This document shows positions 10,438 through 20,000 of a stretch of 64,000 nt of DNA, in pieces; position 1 is the stretch's first letter; each line of letters opens with the position of its first letter. The notes under the pieces are model-generated. The model did no database searches, had not been told where the DNA came from, and saw only the letters and a program-made list of their open reading frames with translations. This stretch comes from a virus (taxonomy: Duplodnaviria; Heunggongvirae; Uroviricota; Caudoviricetes). Made by a program: the position numbers and the translations under genes. The DNA lies in the IMG/VR virus record IMGVR_UViG_2639762822_000001; one strand, 5' to 3'.

Positions 10438-11201
10438 TCTGTTTCTCCTGCATCTAATAAATGTTGAATATCGATTTGTAGGCTTTCTGGACCTGCTGAC
10501 GCTTCGGACATTCCAGCTCGCATAGCCGCGCTGGAAATATACGCTTCAACTTCTGCCTTCCCGGAAGACACAATTTTGTCCATCGATTCCTGCATCAGCC
10601 GGGTGGCGAAAGAGAGGTTTAAAGGCAGATTGTTGGTAGCCGCACGTAGTGACGTATACACCACCTCCAGCTCTCGTTTTCCGGCTCTGCCCTTTTTAAC
10701 GAGGTCACCAAGACGAGCGACTTCGTCTCTGATCTTCTCGATTTCTTTGGCTGTCGTGGCCTCTATCTGTGATTCGAACTTGTCACGAACACTTTTTTGC
10801 TCAGTAATATCTGGCAGCCTTTCTGCCTGACCCAAACTCCGGTACGAAATGGTACAGGGCACACCATCACCTACCCCGAAGCTGCTAACCATTGCGGCCC
10901 ATTGTGCCTGGCTGAGTCGAAATTCAACGACAGGTCGGCGTCTTTCTGAGCTTCTTCGTGGGGTAGGGTGCTCGCGATCCATCACCATCTCAGCCTCATA
11001 GATCCCGATTTCAATGTATTCCTGGTGCTCCAGTTCAGAATCGAATAAACGAATGCCGGTCGTATGAACACGGCTGGTTTTTACAAGACCGAAAGCCGGA
11101 TGAGATTGGGTGGTTTCACCATGCTTATTAATAGCTGTAACCGGATCTTCTTTTCTTCGAATGCTCATATCATCCTCTGTACTCGATAAATGCCAGGGCA
11201 A
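10434..11201 (-). CDS. hypothetical protein
   Basis: 255-aa ORF, no recognisable motif. Confidence 0.45.
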   Translation of the reverse strand: MPWHLSSTEDDMSIRRKEDPVTAINKHGETTQSHPAFGLVKTSRVHTTGIRLFDSELEHQEYIEIGIYEAEMVMDREHPTPRRSSERRRPVVEFRLSQAQWAAMVSSFGVGDGVPCTISYRSLGQAERLPDITEQKSVRDKFESQIEATTAKEIEKIRDEVARLGDLVKKGRAGKRELEVVYTSLRAATNNLPLNLSFATRLMQESMDKIVSSGKAEVEAYISSAAMRAGMSEASAGPESLQIDIQHLLDAGETE

Positions 11202-11415
11202 GCTGCTCTACGCTGTACCCGTCCTTCAACTGCTTCCCAAACACTCTTTCAACAACGCCCTTGTCTGGATTAAAGATGTAGTTACCGGGATACTTGGTTC
11301 TGAAAACGTGCCCGTCTTTTACTAGCCACCAGGCGTTTACGATTGCCACTCGATAGCTGCGTGGCACTGTCACTTCTGATAATGCGATCGGCGTTAATTC
11401 CATATGAGTAACCAA
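11170..11415 (-). CDS. hypothetical protein
   Basis: 81-aa ORF upstream of and overlapping 10434..11201. Confidence 0.35.
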   Translation of the reverse strand: MVTHMELTPIALSEVTVPRSYRVAIVNAWWLVKDGHVFRTKYPGNYIFNPDKGVVERVFGKQLKDGYSVEQLALAFIEYRG

Positions 11416-11442
11416 TTTGTTTTCTTATATGTGATATTAATC

Positions 11443-11478
11443 AGAAAAAAACGGCGTCCAACTGGACGCCGTAATTTG
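11443..11478 (-). terminator. rho-independent terminator of the SPFH operon
   Basis: ACGGCGTCC-AACT-GGACGCCGT hairpin preceded on the plus strand by AAAAAAA, which is the T-run on the minus strand. Confidence 0.5.
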
Positions 11479-11486
11479 GGTAGTGC

Positions 11487-12317
11487 TTATTTGACTGTTA
11501 TGAAGGGGGTGTTTGCTCCTTGTGTCATGTATTGGGGCAGCTGGCCATTCCATTTGTTGATTGCCTCAAGCTCCATGACATTAGGGTTCTGGCGTAGCGC
11601 TTCACCACGTAATTTAATCGCATCAGCTTCTGCTTGAGCGCGTTTGCGGATAGCATCAGCTTCCCCTTCCGCTTGTTCACGTAACATGTTCGCTTCTGCT
11701 TTACGTTGCTCCACTTCCTGCTGACGCTGGAGTGTTTTCTGGTTCGCGGTTACTTTGGCATTGATGGACTCAATGACCGTGTCCGGATAGTCTGGTTTAC
11801 CTACCCATGACAGGCTTAAGACCTCTATGCCGACCGGGGTCATTTCTTTTTGAATATCTTTCAGCGCATTGTCGAGCAGGGCAGCTTTTCCACCGTCGAT
11901 GAAGGCGTCTGTCGTCATGCGGCTGGCCAGACGATTTAAAGAGTCTGCAATTTTCTGGCGTAGATCCGTATCTGTAATATCATCCACACCCTTACGGTAA
12001 GTCTGGAAAACGGTGGTGACCTTGTCTCGGTTGACCAGATAAGCCACACCGATTTTGTGACCGATCGCCGTACCGTCACTCATCTGAAAAGTGAAGGGTT
12101 CATCGTAAGTCTTCATTTGCTTAAAGGTCGGAAACACGTAGAGTTCGGTATTGATACCTGTCCACTGACGACCGACCCCAACAACTTCCCCGATGCCTTT
12201 GTCTTCGCCTAATTTGTTGACCTTAATTCCAACGTAACCAGGCTCTACACGATCACAACCACTCAGACCCATCGTGCAAATGGCCGCAAGCACTACCGCC
12301 AATAAACCTTTCTTCAT
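11487..12317 (-). CDS. SPFH/band-7 (prohibitin/HflKC-like) domain lipoprotein
   Basis: Signal peptide with lipobox LSGC; SPFH-like core followed by a coiled-coil QRQQEVEQRKAEANMLREQAEGEADAIRKRA. Confidence 0.55.
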   Translation of the reverse strand: MKKGLLAVVLAAICTMGLSGCDRVEPGYVGIKVNKLGEDKGIGEVVGVGRQWTGINTELYVFPTFKQMKTYDEPFTFQMSDGTAIGHKIGVAYLVNRDKVTTVFQTYRKGVDDITDTDLRQKIADSLNRLASRMTTDAFIDGGKAALLDNALKDIQKEMTPVGIEVLSLSWVGKPDYPDTVIESINAKVTANQKTLQRQQEVEQRKAEANMLREQAEGEADAIRKRAQAEADAIKLRGEALRQNPNVMELEAINKWNGQLPQYMTQGANTPFITVK

Positions 12318-12520
12318 TACTTATTCTCCTTAGAATTTTTTAGTGAGTTGATATAGCGGCGTCCTACGATGAAGCCGATAACAGGGAAGCCAAACGCTGT
12401 GGAAAAGCCGATCAGTAAAGCTAAATCGCTTTTGGCCGACACAAGCGACGGAACCAGTAATCCGTAAACAATAGAGACTGAAACGACAGTCAAAACTGCC
12501 ATGAGATAACCTTTGATCAT
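12317..12520 (-). CDS. small two-TM membrane protein (SPFH partner, NfeD/YqiJ-like role possible)
   Basis: 67-aa hydrophobic ORF directly upstream of the SPFH gene; start preceded by GAAAGGAAACACATG. Confidence 0.4.
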   Translation of the reverse strand: MIKGYLMAVLTVVSVSIVYGLLVPSLVSAKSDLALLIGFSTAFGFPVIGFIVGRRYINSLKNSKENK

Positions 12521-12549
12521 GTGTTTCCTTTCGTTGTTAAGTTTTGCAG

Positions 12550-12578
12550 ATGATAAGTAAGTACTTATATATTTTCAA
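12550..12578 (-). promoter_or_regulatory. sigma70-like promoter whose 17-bp spacer is the palindromic motif
   Basis: On the minus strand: TTGAAA, then ATATATAAGTACTTACT (17 bp), then TATCAT; lies between an upstream terminator and the 12520 start codon. Confidence 0.45.
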
Positions 12579-12579
12579 G

Positions 12580-12612
12580 TAACAAAAAAGGCGCCCATTG
12601 GACGCCTTGTTC
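12580..12612 (-). terminator. putative terminator downstream of the recombinase gene
   Basis: AAGGCGCC-CATTG-GACGCCTT imperfect hairpin with a flanking A-run. Confidence 0.4.
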
Positions 12613-13686
12613 TTATTCTTCAACCTCGGCTGGCGCTGACTCCTTTGCCCGTCGCTCATCGACTGCTTGAAGCGCCGCTATGATTTCTGGAAGTGGCTTA
12701 TCGCGGTACATCTCGACGATCTGCGATTTCGTGTATTTCTTATCGCCAATTTCTACGCGCCCGCTGGCGTTCTTGGGCAGGTATCCTTCCTCCAACATGT
12801 ACTCAACCAGAGATTCGATGACGTCCAGCCCGCGGGTCGGGTCGAAGTAGAATTTCCATGAGCATTTGCCAAACGGAGGCGCAACTTTGTTTTTAATGCA
12901 TTCGGCGCCCACGTCCTGTCCGATCTTCTCTTTCCCATCCTTCATAACGGATGCACCCAGACGGATGCGTACCGACGCGTAGAACTTCGGAGAGTCGCCA
13001 CCCGGAGAGGTTGTCGGATCGCCAAACATCACGCCAATTTTGGTACGCACCTGATTCAAGAAGATGATGCAGGCGTTGTACTTACGTGCCCATAGCGCCA
13101 AAGTAGGGAAGTTGGCACTTGTGGCCCGAGCCAGCGCCGTGTTGTCGTTCATGTTCAGCTGGTCTTTATCCTTCGCGGTACCTTCTGCCATCTTGTCGAA
13201 CTTCTCAGCCTTTGAGTTCGGAACCATCGACGCCAGAGAATCGGCAACGATACAGATAGGTGCTGATTCCGGAATCAGCTCTTCATCACGAACCAGTTTG
13301 AGGATGGTGCCGATCAGCTCAACAGACTCTTCAAAAGTGTCAGGCTGTTTGTAAACCCACTGGCCGTCGTCTTCATCCGCGTTCAGACCGTTCGCTACAG
13401 CTAAGCCAACGTCAAAGCTGTTTTCGTGGTCGAGGAACACAGCCAGACCTTCCTGTCTTTGTGCGGAGACCATCGCTGCCGTGGCCAGAAACGTTTTACC
13501 GGCGCTTGGCGGCCCGAAAATCTCAACGATACGCCCTGATGGGAAGCCGCCGTCATAACGCCCTGAAATGGCTTTGTTGAGCGGAGGGAAACCAGAGTCG
13601 ATCCAATGGGACACCTTTTGTATTTCGTCGTTGCTGCCAATTTTCTTTTTCAGTGCCATTGCGAGGGCGGATTTTCCTTTTGCCAT
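12613..13686 (-). CDS. uvsX: RecA-family recombinase (T4 UvsX-like)
   Basis: Walker A IVEIFGPPSAGKTFLA; CIIFLNQVRTKIGVMFGDPTTSPGGDSPKFYASVRIRL matches the RecA L2/multimerisation region; AAGGAG ribosome-binding site. Confidence 0.85.
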   Translation of the reverse strand: MAKGKSALAMALKKKIGSNDEIQKVSHWIDSGFPPLNKAISGRYDGGFPSGRIVEIFGPPSAGKTFLATAAMVSAQRQEGLAVFLDHENSFDVGLAVANGLNADEDDGQWVYKQPDTFEESVELIGTILKLVRDEELIPESAPICIVADSLASMVPNSKAEKFDKMAEGTAKDKDQLNMNDNTALARATSANFPTLALWARKYNACIIFLNQVRTKIGVMFGDPTTSPGGDSPKFYASVRIRLGASVMKDGKEKIGQDVGAECIKNKVAPPFGKCSWKFYFDPTRGLDVIESLVEYMLEEGYLPKNASGRVEIGDKKYTKSQIVEMYRDKPLPEIIAALQAVDERRAKESAPAEVEE

Positions 13687-13688
13687 GA

Positions 13689-13955
13689 TTAGGCTCCTTT
13701 GGTTTCGTTAATACGCTTCGATGCGGCGACTTCGTCGAATTTGATTAAGTCGTGGTTAAGGTGTTTGGCTACGCGAGCGAGGATCTTCACAACCTGCTCG
13801 CTAACCAGTGTGAACTCGCGTTCAGTTGCGGAGATGCCGGCAGCACCCAGAATGCTCGGCAGCGCCATTACTGCATGTTCTCCGTGGCAGAAAACAATCT
13901 CTTTAGCCAGCATGGTTGGCGTGGCTGTCCCACCAGTGATAATGGATTTCAGCAT
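13689..13955 (-). CDS. hypothetical protein
   Basis: 88-aa ORF translationally coupled (ATGCTGA overlap) to the upstream exonuclease gene. Confidence 0.4.
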   Translation of the reverse strand: MLKSIITGGTATPTMLAKEIVFCHGEHAVMALPSILGAAGISATEREFTLVSEQVVKILARVAKHLNHDLIKFDEVAASKRINETKGA

Positions 13956-14899
13956 CAGCAGTACCTCTCAAACGGAAGTACAAAGACTTCCAAGTCTTCC
14001 AGAAAAGAACGGAAATTCAGCTCATGGCACATCTGTTCGAACGCCTTCATATCCCGAACGCCTTTAATCGACTCGATCTCGCTGGGCGGGAATTTGGTTT
14101 CAATCAGGTTCATCAGCGTCATATTGCGTTTGAAGGCTTCCAGCATTCGACAGCCCGTCTTCTCGTTGAAGGCGTTCTTTGCCAGCTTGTTGAAAGCCGT
14201 TTTATAACGGCCTTTGTCGATGACGATTGAGCCGTTATTGATGCCTCGCACCATTGAGGCGACGCTTCCCCATTCATGCAGCAGTTCTTTCGCACCACCA
14301 TCACCGATACCACCAACACCTTTGATGTTGTCCGATGTATCACCCTGTAGCGCTTTGGCTTCCAGAAACGCGCGCGGGGTGGGCAGACCAGTCAGTTCAG
14401 CGAATTGTTCAAAATTCACCTGCTTGTGCTTGGCATCTTCACGCAGGCTTACCCAGCTCACGTTTTCGCGAACCAGCTGGAGCCAGTCGCCATCGCCTGT
14501 CAGCAGGTAGATATGATCAACGGTCGGCTGCGGGGCCAGGCGAGAGACCAGCATTCCGGCCAGGTCGTCAGCTTCTGCGTCCTTTGCGATGAGATGGTTA
14601 ACGCCCAGAGCGGTCATCATTTTCAAGATGTATGGCTTCTGGATGGCAAAGCCTTCTTTCATCTTTTTCATATCCGGATCGTCATCGCGGTTAGCTTTGT
14701 ATTCCGGGTAATAGTCGCGACGTTTGTCGCTGAATCCATCCCATAAGATCATCGGCCGGGCATGGAGAATTGAGGCGTAACGACGAACGTTCTTCACGAA
14801 GCCAAACGCAGCCTGAACTTCCATTTCGCCGTTATGTAATTTGTCGGATTGCTGGTGGTAATAGCCCAGGCTGTTACCATCCACTAAGAGATAATTCAC
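13955..14899 (-). CDS. rnh: 5'-3' exonuclease / flap endonuclease (T4 RNaseH/T5 D15-like)
   Basis: N-terminal LLVDGNSLGYY, TGDGDWLQLV and C-terminal GVGGIGDGGAKELL (H3TH) motifs; GTG start with GGAAGGAG ribosome-binding site. Confidence 0.85.
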   Translation of the reverse strand: MNYLLVDGNSLGYYHQQSDKLHNGEMEVQAAFGFVKNVRRYASILHARPMILWDGFSDKRRDYYPEYKANRDDDPDMKKMKEGFAIQKPYILKMMTALGVNHLIAKDAEADDLAGMLVSRLAPQPTVDHIYLLTGDGDWLQLVRENVSWVSLREDAKHKQVNFEQFAELTGLPTPRAFLEAKALQGDTSDNIKGVGGIGDGGAKELLHEWGSVASMVRGINNGSIVIDKGRYKTAFNKLAKNAFNEKTGCRMLEAFKRNMTLMNLIETKFPPSEIESIKGVRDMKAFEQMCHELNFRSFLEDLEVFVLPFERYC

Positions 14900-14911
14900 C
14901 GGTACACTCCT

Positions 14912-14941
14912 TCCAAAAAGTAAGGCGTCCGTAGACGCCTT
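14912..14941 (-). terminator. rho-independent terminator downstream of the SSB gene
   Basis: GTAAGGCGTC-CGTA-GACGCCTTAC 10-bp stem preceded on the plus strand by AAAAA. Confidence 0.5.
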
Positions 14942-14959
14942 ACTGGTTACGTTATGGGG

Positions 14960-15982
14960 TTACAGAGCGTCCAGTTCAGCCAGCAGGTCATCGAGACCTT
15001 CGTCAGCTGGTGCAGTCGCGGCGGCTGCGGATGCGCTTGCAGCTGCGGCAGCTTCTGGTGCTTTCGCTTCTTCTGGCTTCGTTTCTGGTTTGAACTCAGC
15101 TTCTGCGGCACGCAAGATCTCTTCGTCAACCAGGCTGCTGGTTTCCGTAGCAGGAGTGTGCGCTGTCGCAACCGCAGCGGCGCCTTCTGTATGACCAGTG
15201 ATAGTGCCAAAGCCTGGCAGTTCAGCAGCAGCGGATTTCGCCGTAGAGGAAATAGCTGGCGTGGACATGGTGGCGGCCGGCGCAGCGATACCAATCAGAC
15301 GACCCATAGTGCGAGCGGTGGAAAGCAGGCGAGTCTCATCAGCCTGGTTCGCGTAAGCGATCAGGTCGTGCTGGGTAGTCCAGAGCTTCTCAGCAATATC
15401 GCCTTTGTAGACTTTACGCTTCGGTGAGACGTCGTATTTGGTGTCACGACCTGAGCCGGTACGCTTAATCAGGAATGCATAGCCTTCTTCCTTGCTAAGC
15501 GGATTGCCGATGTCATCAGCGATGTCTTCAGACATCACCTTACAGATGTCGTCGAAAACAGTGGACGGCAGTTCAATCAGCTGGCATTTCTCAGCATCGC
15601 CAAAGTCTTCACGAGCAGACAGTACGCCGTTGACCAGATAACGCGGGGTAGCACGCATAGAGTTGATGCGCTCTTCCATTGGCTTGTGGCCTTTGTGACG
15701 AGCACGACCTTCCATCACCATCTCGCACAGCTGGCAGGCGCGACCGTGAGTGTGTTGCTCACAGACATAAGCAGTGGTTACTTCTTTGCCTTCCTCATTC
15801 TGATGCTTGACGTAGTGCATACCGAAAGTTTGGAAAAACACACCATTCGGATCGTCCTTGTTAGGGAAAATTCGAAGATAGTTATTGCCGTCTTTCAGAC
15901 GAGTCAGATCAACGTTATTGCCGCGCTTTGAGGCAATATCACCACGGGTCTTGTTCAGCAGATCGAGTAATGACTTAGACAT
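14960..15982 (-). CDS. gp32-like single-stranded DNA-binding protein
   Basis: Start at the internal ATG (15982) with CCAAGGAGAAACACATG; LKDGNNYLRIFPNKDDP resembles T4 gp32 LDNAGNGQAVIRFLPSKND; zinc ligand pattern CEQHTHGRACQLC; Ala/Glu-rich acidic C-terminal tail ending DDLLAELDAL. Confidence 0.7.
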   Translation of the reverse strand: MSKSLLDLLNKTRGDIASKRGNNVDLTRLKDGNNYLRIFPNKDDPNGVFFQTFGMHYVKHQNEEGKEVTTAYVCEQHTHGRACQLCEMVMEGRARHKGHKPMEERINSMRATPRYLVNGVLSAREDFGDAEKCQLIELPSTVFDDICKVMSEDIADDIGNPLSKEEGYAFLIKRTGSGRDTKYDVSPKRKVYKGDIAEKLWTTQHDLIAYANQADETRLLSTARTMGRLIGIAAPAATMSTPAISSTAKSAAAELPGFGTITGHTEGAAAVATAHTPATETSSLVDEEILRAAEAEFKPETKPEEAKAPEAAAAASASAAAATAPADEGLDDLLAELDAL

Positions 15983-16101
15983 GTGTTTCTCCTTGGTATG
16001 ATTGTGGCCATTGGCGCGGTGCGCTTTGGGCATTCGTTTGTTACTGGCTCCTGCGAGCGCATAGAATAATAGATCAGTACTTACTTATGATCTACTATAA
16101 A

Positions 16102-16533
16102 TTAACGGGTGGAGTGGAATCGTTCGGCACCCAATCGCTCTATCTCCACGATAGCCATTTTTGACGCCTGGACGATCATGTCACGACGATGGGAAAATGC
16201 AGAGACGGCGTGCTTGTACAGGTCTGCTATGTATCGGGCTTCATCTAATTTTTGCCGTTTGGCGAGGTATTGCGGATTCGTTTTAACCTTTGCGTCGAGC
16301 ACAGACTCATTGAACTTAATGCCGTTCATACTCAGATTCTTACGTTCGTTATCATAGATTTTTGCTTCTATTGCATCGAGGGAGAGTTTCGCATCAGCGA
16401 CTTCTCTTTCGGCCCAGGCAAGTTTGGAACCGTACTCCATCAGCAGACGAGGTTGTTGTCGCCAGACCTCCTCAAGATTGTCACGGTCAAACTCAAGATC
16501 GGTCATAATTTTATCGTAAATTGTGGTGTCCAT
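16102..16533 (-). CDS. hypothetical coiled-coil protein
   Basis: 143-aa ORF. Confidence 0.45.
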   Translation of the reverse strand: MDTTIYDKIMTDLEFDRDNLEEVWRQQPRLLMEYGSKLAWAEREVADAKLSLDAIEAKIYDNERKNLSMNGIKFNESVLDAKVKTNPQYLAKRQKLDEARYIADLYKHAVSAFSHRRDMIVQASKMAIVEIERLGAERFHSTR

Positions 16534-16598
16534 CCGTTAGGTGCTCGCTTATTTATCTATATCAATTATACAATCGATCATCATGCCTTCAAATCAAG

Positions 16599-16633
16599 AC
16601 CGTTACAAAAAACCCGCCAAGCGGCGGGTTTGT
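16599..16633. terminator. bidirectional rho-independent terminator
   Basis: AAAAAA-CCCGCC-AAGC-GGCGGG-TTTGTTTT. Confidence 0.55.
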
Positions 16634-16634
16634 T

Positions 16635-17078
16635 TTAAGCGACTCGCTTCCTGAAAATGTTCGAAAGCGTAACTCTGGTCTGACGTCGCAACCTGTATTT
16701 CCTCACATCGCCAATCTTATTCACTTCCATGAACTCTTTGGCCACCTTCAGTACCAGTCGATTGCGGAACACTTTGAACGCCTCCAGCTGTTCCTCTGGG
16801 TTATCCGATTCGTAGATCTCTAACAGATACTGGCACGCCTTCGGATCTTGCGTTTTGAGCGCCAGCGCTCTGGCACATTTACGCAAGCGACTGACTTTAT
16901 CGGCTCCATCCAGCCCTGCAAACGCCAGTGCCAGATCTAACGTGACCGGGCAGTCGATGATTTCCCAGAACTGCGAGCGCATGGTGGCCGCTACCGCTTT
17001 GTCTTGAAAGTCCGCTGGAATTGCCGCCAGCTCGTGTGCAATCTTCTGTGCCTCACTCATGTTGTTCTCTTTGCTCAT
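16635..17078 (-). CDS. hypothetical protein
   Basis: 147-aa ORF, ATGA-coupled to the dnaE stop. Confidence 0.45.
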   Translation of the reverse strand: MSKENNMSEAQKIAHELAAIPADFQDKAVAATMRSQFWEIIDCPVTLDLALAFAGLDGADKVSRLRKCARALALKTQDPKACQYLLEIYESDNPEEQLEAFKVFRNRLVLKVAKEFMEVNKIGDVRKYRLRRQTRVTLSNIFRKRVA

Positions 17079-20000
17079 TTGCCAATCGTCTCCGCTACCT
17101 CGGCCAGAATCGCCTCCAGCTTCTCTCCTTCCTCTGGGCGGAAGTACAAAATGTTTGGGTTAAAACCGTAGAAGACGGTCACATCCAGATCCGGCAGATA
17201 CTCTTTGCGACCAACCAGATCAGAGGGTTTGCTCTTATTGTTGAAAAGAGATGTCGCCCGGCTGCCACACGTCAGCACATAGGTCGGACGTACCAGATTG
17301 ATTTCTTCACGCATGAAGTCGTTGAACTGGCCGATCTCATCTTTGGTGTAGTCCTTCTCCTTGTCCTTTACCTTCTTGCACACGCCAGTGACGTAGAGGT
17401 CTCCCATACGCAGATCGCCTGCAGTAAGCAGCTTCGCCTTAAAATCGTCGTAACCGTTCTCCATGAAGTAGCCGGTACGTCCATCATTGCCGTTCGCGTT
17501 GTCCAGAATGACCATGATTTTCGGCTTAATGCCAATGCTCGGGCGGATCAGGTCGTCACCCAGCCCCATTTCAGCCGCCATGCGAGTCATCAGTACATTC
17601 ACTTCAGCAGAACGCTTAGGGTTCATCTCGAACGGACGGGAGGCTTTTACAGCGTCGATCACCAGATTGCCCATCAACTCTGCCTGGTCGCGCAGCCGTT
17701 CCGGATCTGTCGCTGGCAGACTGCCAGGTTCAATCGATGCGAACGCACCTACTTTTTGCAGTGATTCGCGTACCCGGCTGTTACACGCACGTTTCTCGAC
17801 CGCTTCTTCGAATTGCTCCAGCGACTCAAATTTGCCACCGACTTTTTCTCTCGCCCGCATAATGGCCTTACAGCCATTCTCCGAGCAGCCTTTGACTGCG
17901 GAGAAGGGGGCATAAAGAACCTGGCTACCATCTTCCAGTGTGCGGATCTCGATGCGGTTCGACGACACGTTTACATCTGGTGGTAAGACGCGGATGCCAT
18001 AGGTGAGCGCATCCTTAACCAGACCCTGGTGTTTGTCCTCGCCCAGAATAGTGAGCGCAGCAGCAAAGAACTCAGCAGGGAAATGAGTTTTCAGCCACAT
18101 GGATTGATAACTGATCAGCGAATAGGCCACAGAGTGTGATTTGTTGAACTGGTAAGCACCGTTCTTCTCGAATGCCTCCCAAATTTCTTTCGCTTTCATT
18201 TCTGACAAACCCGCGTGTGAGCCTGTCACGCGCACAATTGCCATAGGTAACTTCGCGCCTTTCTCAAGAGCCTCTTCCACTGTTAGCAGTGTTCCGTCTT
18301 CACATTTGAAATGTTCGGCTCGATGAACGCGCTGCGTTGTGCCGTCTGCCAGCTCAACATCAATCCATCCAGCTTGAGCCTGGGCGATAAATCTTTCCCC
18401 CATGCTCTTCATTTTCTCCATATCTTTCTTACCGATCGCCTTACGTACCCCATCTGCCTCAGCCATTGTGAAGCCGGCCAGCAAACGAGTCGCGCTCATG
18501 GTTTGCTCCTGATAGAGAATGACGCCATTTGTTTCGGCGGTTAACTCATCCAGTACCGGGTGCAGTGATTGCGGAGTCATGAAGCCTTTGGCAACTGCGA
18601 CGTAATCATCCAACATGCCTGACTGAATTGGGCCAGGGCGAAATAGTGCGGTCGTAGCGACAACGGTTTTAAAGCTCATTGGCTCAATGCCACCGCCCAG
18701 ATCTTTAAGTAACTTGCGCATGGGGCCGGACTCCAGCTGGAAGACACCCTGCGTATATCCGGCAGCAAACCCATCCAGAACCTTACGATCGTCAAGCGGA
18801 ATGGCGTCGAGATTGATGTCTTCCCCTGTGCTTTCTTTGATGTATCGCTTCGCGCTGTCCAGAAGGTCGAGCGTTGCCAGACCGAGAACGTCCAGCTTAA
18901 TCAGCCCCATCGCCTCGCAGTAACGCTTGTCGAATGCGATACAACGAGCATTGCCTCGCAGCTCGACAGGGGTTCTTTCAATCAGTGGTACGCCAGCAAC
19001 GATCATCCCCGCAGCATGGCGGCCGAAGCCACGCATCAGATTTTGAAGTTTGCAGGCGGCTTTGAAAGCATCCGGGTATTTGGTGGCGTATTTATCCAGG
19101 CTGGCCAGTTGTTCACGCAGCTCTTCAAGGGACAGGCTGTCGTCTTCCAGATTTTTAAATTCTTTAGAAACGGCCATGTCCGCGGCGTCGACACCGAAAA
19201 TGCGCGCGGTGTCGCGCAAAGCAGAGGCGGCGCCCAGATAGGTAAAGTTAGGAATGCCGGCGACATACTCTTCGCCATAGCGTTCATTCAGATACTCGAT
19301 CACCTCATGGCGACGCGCCTGGCTGAAGTCCAGATCCGCATCCGGAAGGTCAAGACGTTCTGGGTTAATGAAACGCTCAAACAGCAGACCGTGGCGAATA
19401 GGGTCTACGTTTGTGATGCCAATGCACCACGCCACCAGAGAACCAGCAGAAGAACCACGCCCAGGCCCAACGGGAATACCGGCTTCACGACTGTGATTCA
19501 TCAGATCACGAACCATCAGAAAATACCCGCAGAAACCCAGCCGAGTCAGCGTGTCCATCTCGTATTTGAGGCGATCGACATACACACGGTGCTCAGAAGC
19601 TGGTGGAGTGTAGCCAAACTCTTTGGTAGTAAGACGCTTGCGCAGCCCTGCGACTGCCAGCTTCATCAGCGTTGCAGGCTCGTCGTCTGCCATCTTTGGC
19701 AGTGCTGGGGGCAATTCATGCCAGCGCCAGGTGCAGGCTTCAACAATGGCGTCCTGAGTGGAAGAGGCCATTGCAGCTGTGACCGGCACATCCATACGAA
19801 CGGAGAACGCTTTCAGCGCTTCAAGCAGATGACGGCGTCCGTTAACGGCATTATCACGCTGGTGGGGAATACGCAGACGATGCGGCTGGTCGATTTTGAT
19901 GTTGTTCGTCACCATGTGCGCAATGTCTTTAATGTCAGCATCGTCGACCGCTTCGTAATAAGCGGGGTAGAACGCCACTGGCTCAAGTTTTAGTGCGCTT

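Noticed and set aside
19016-19993. 325-aa plus-strand ORF, and other plus-strand ORFs at 17021..17764, 17487..17915 and 20048..20332
   Set aside because: They lie entirely antisense inside the well-supported dnaE gene and have Arg/Gln/His-rich composition typical of spurious antisense frames
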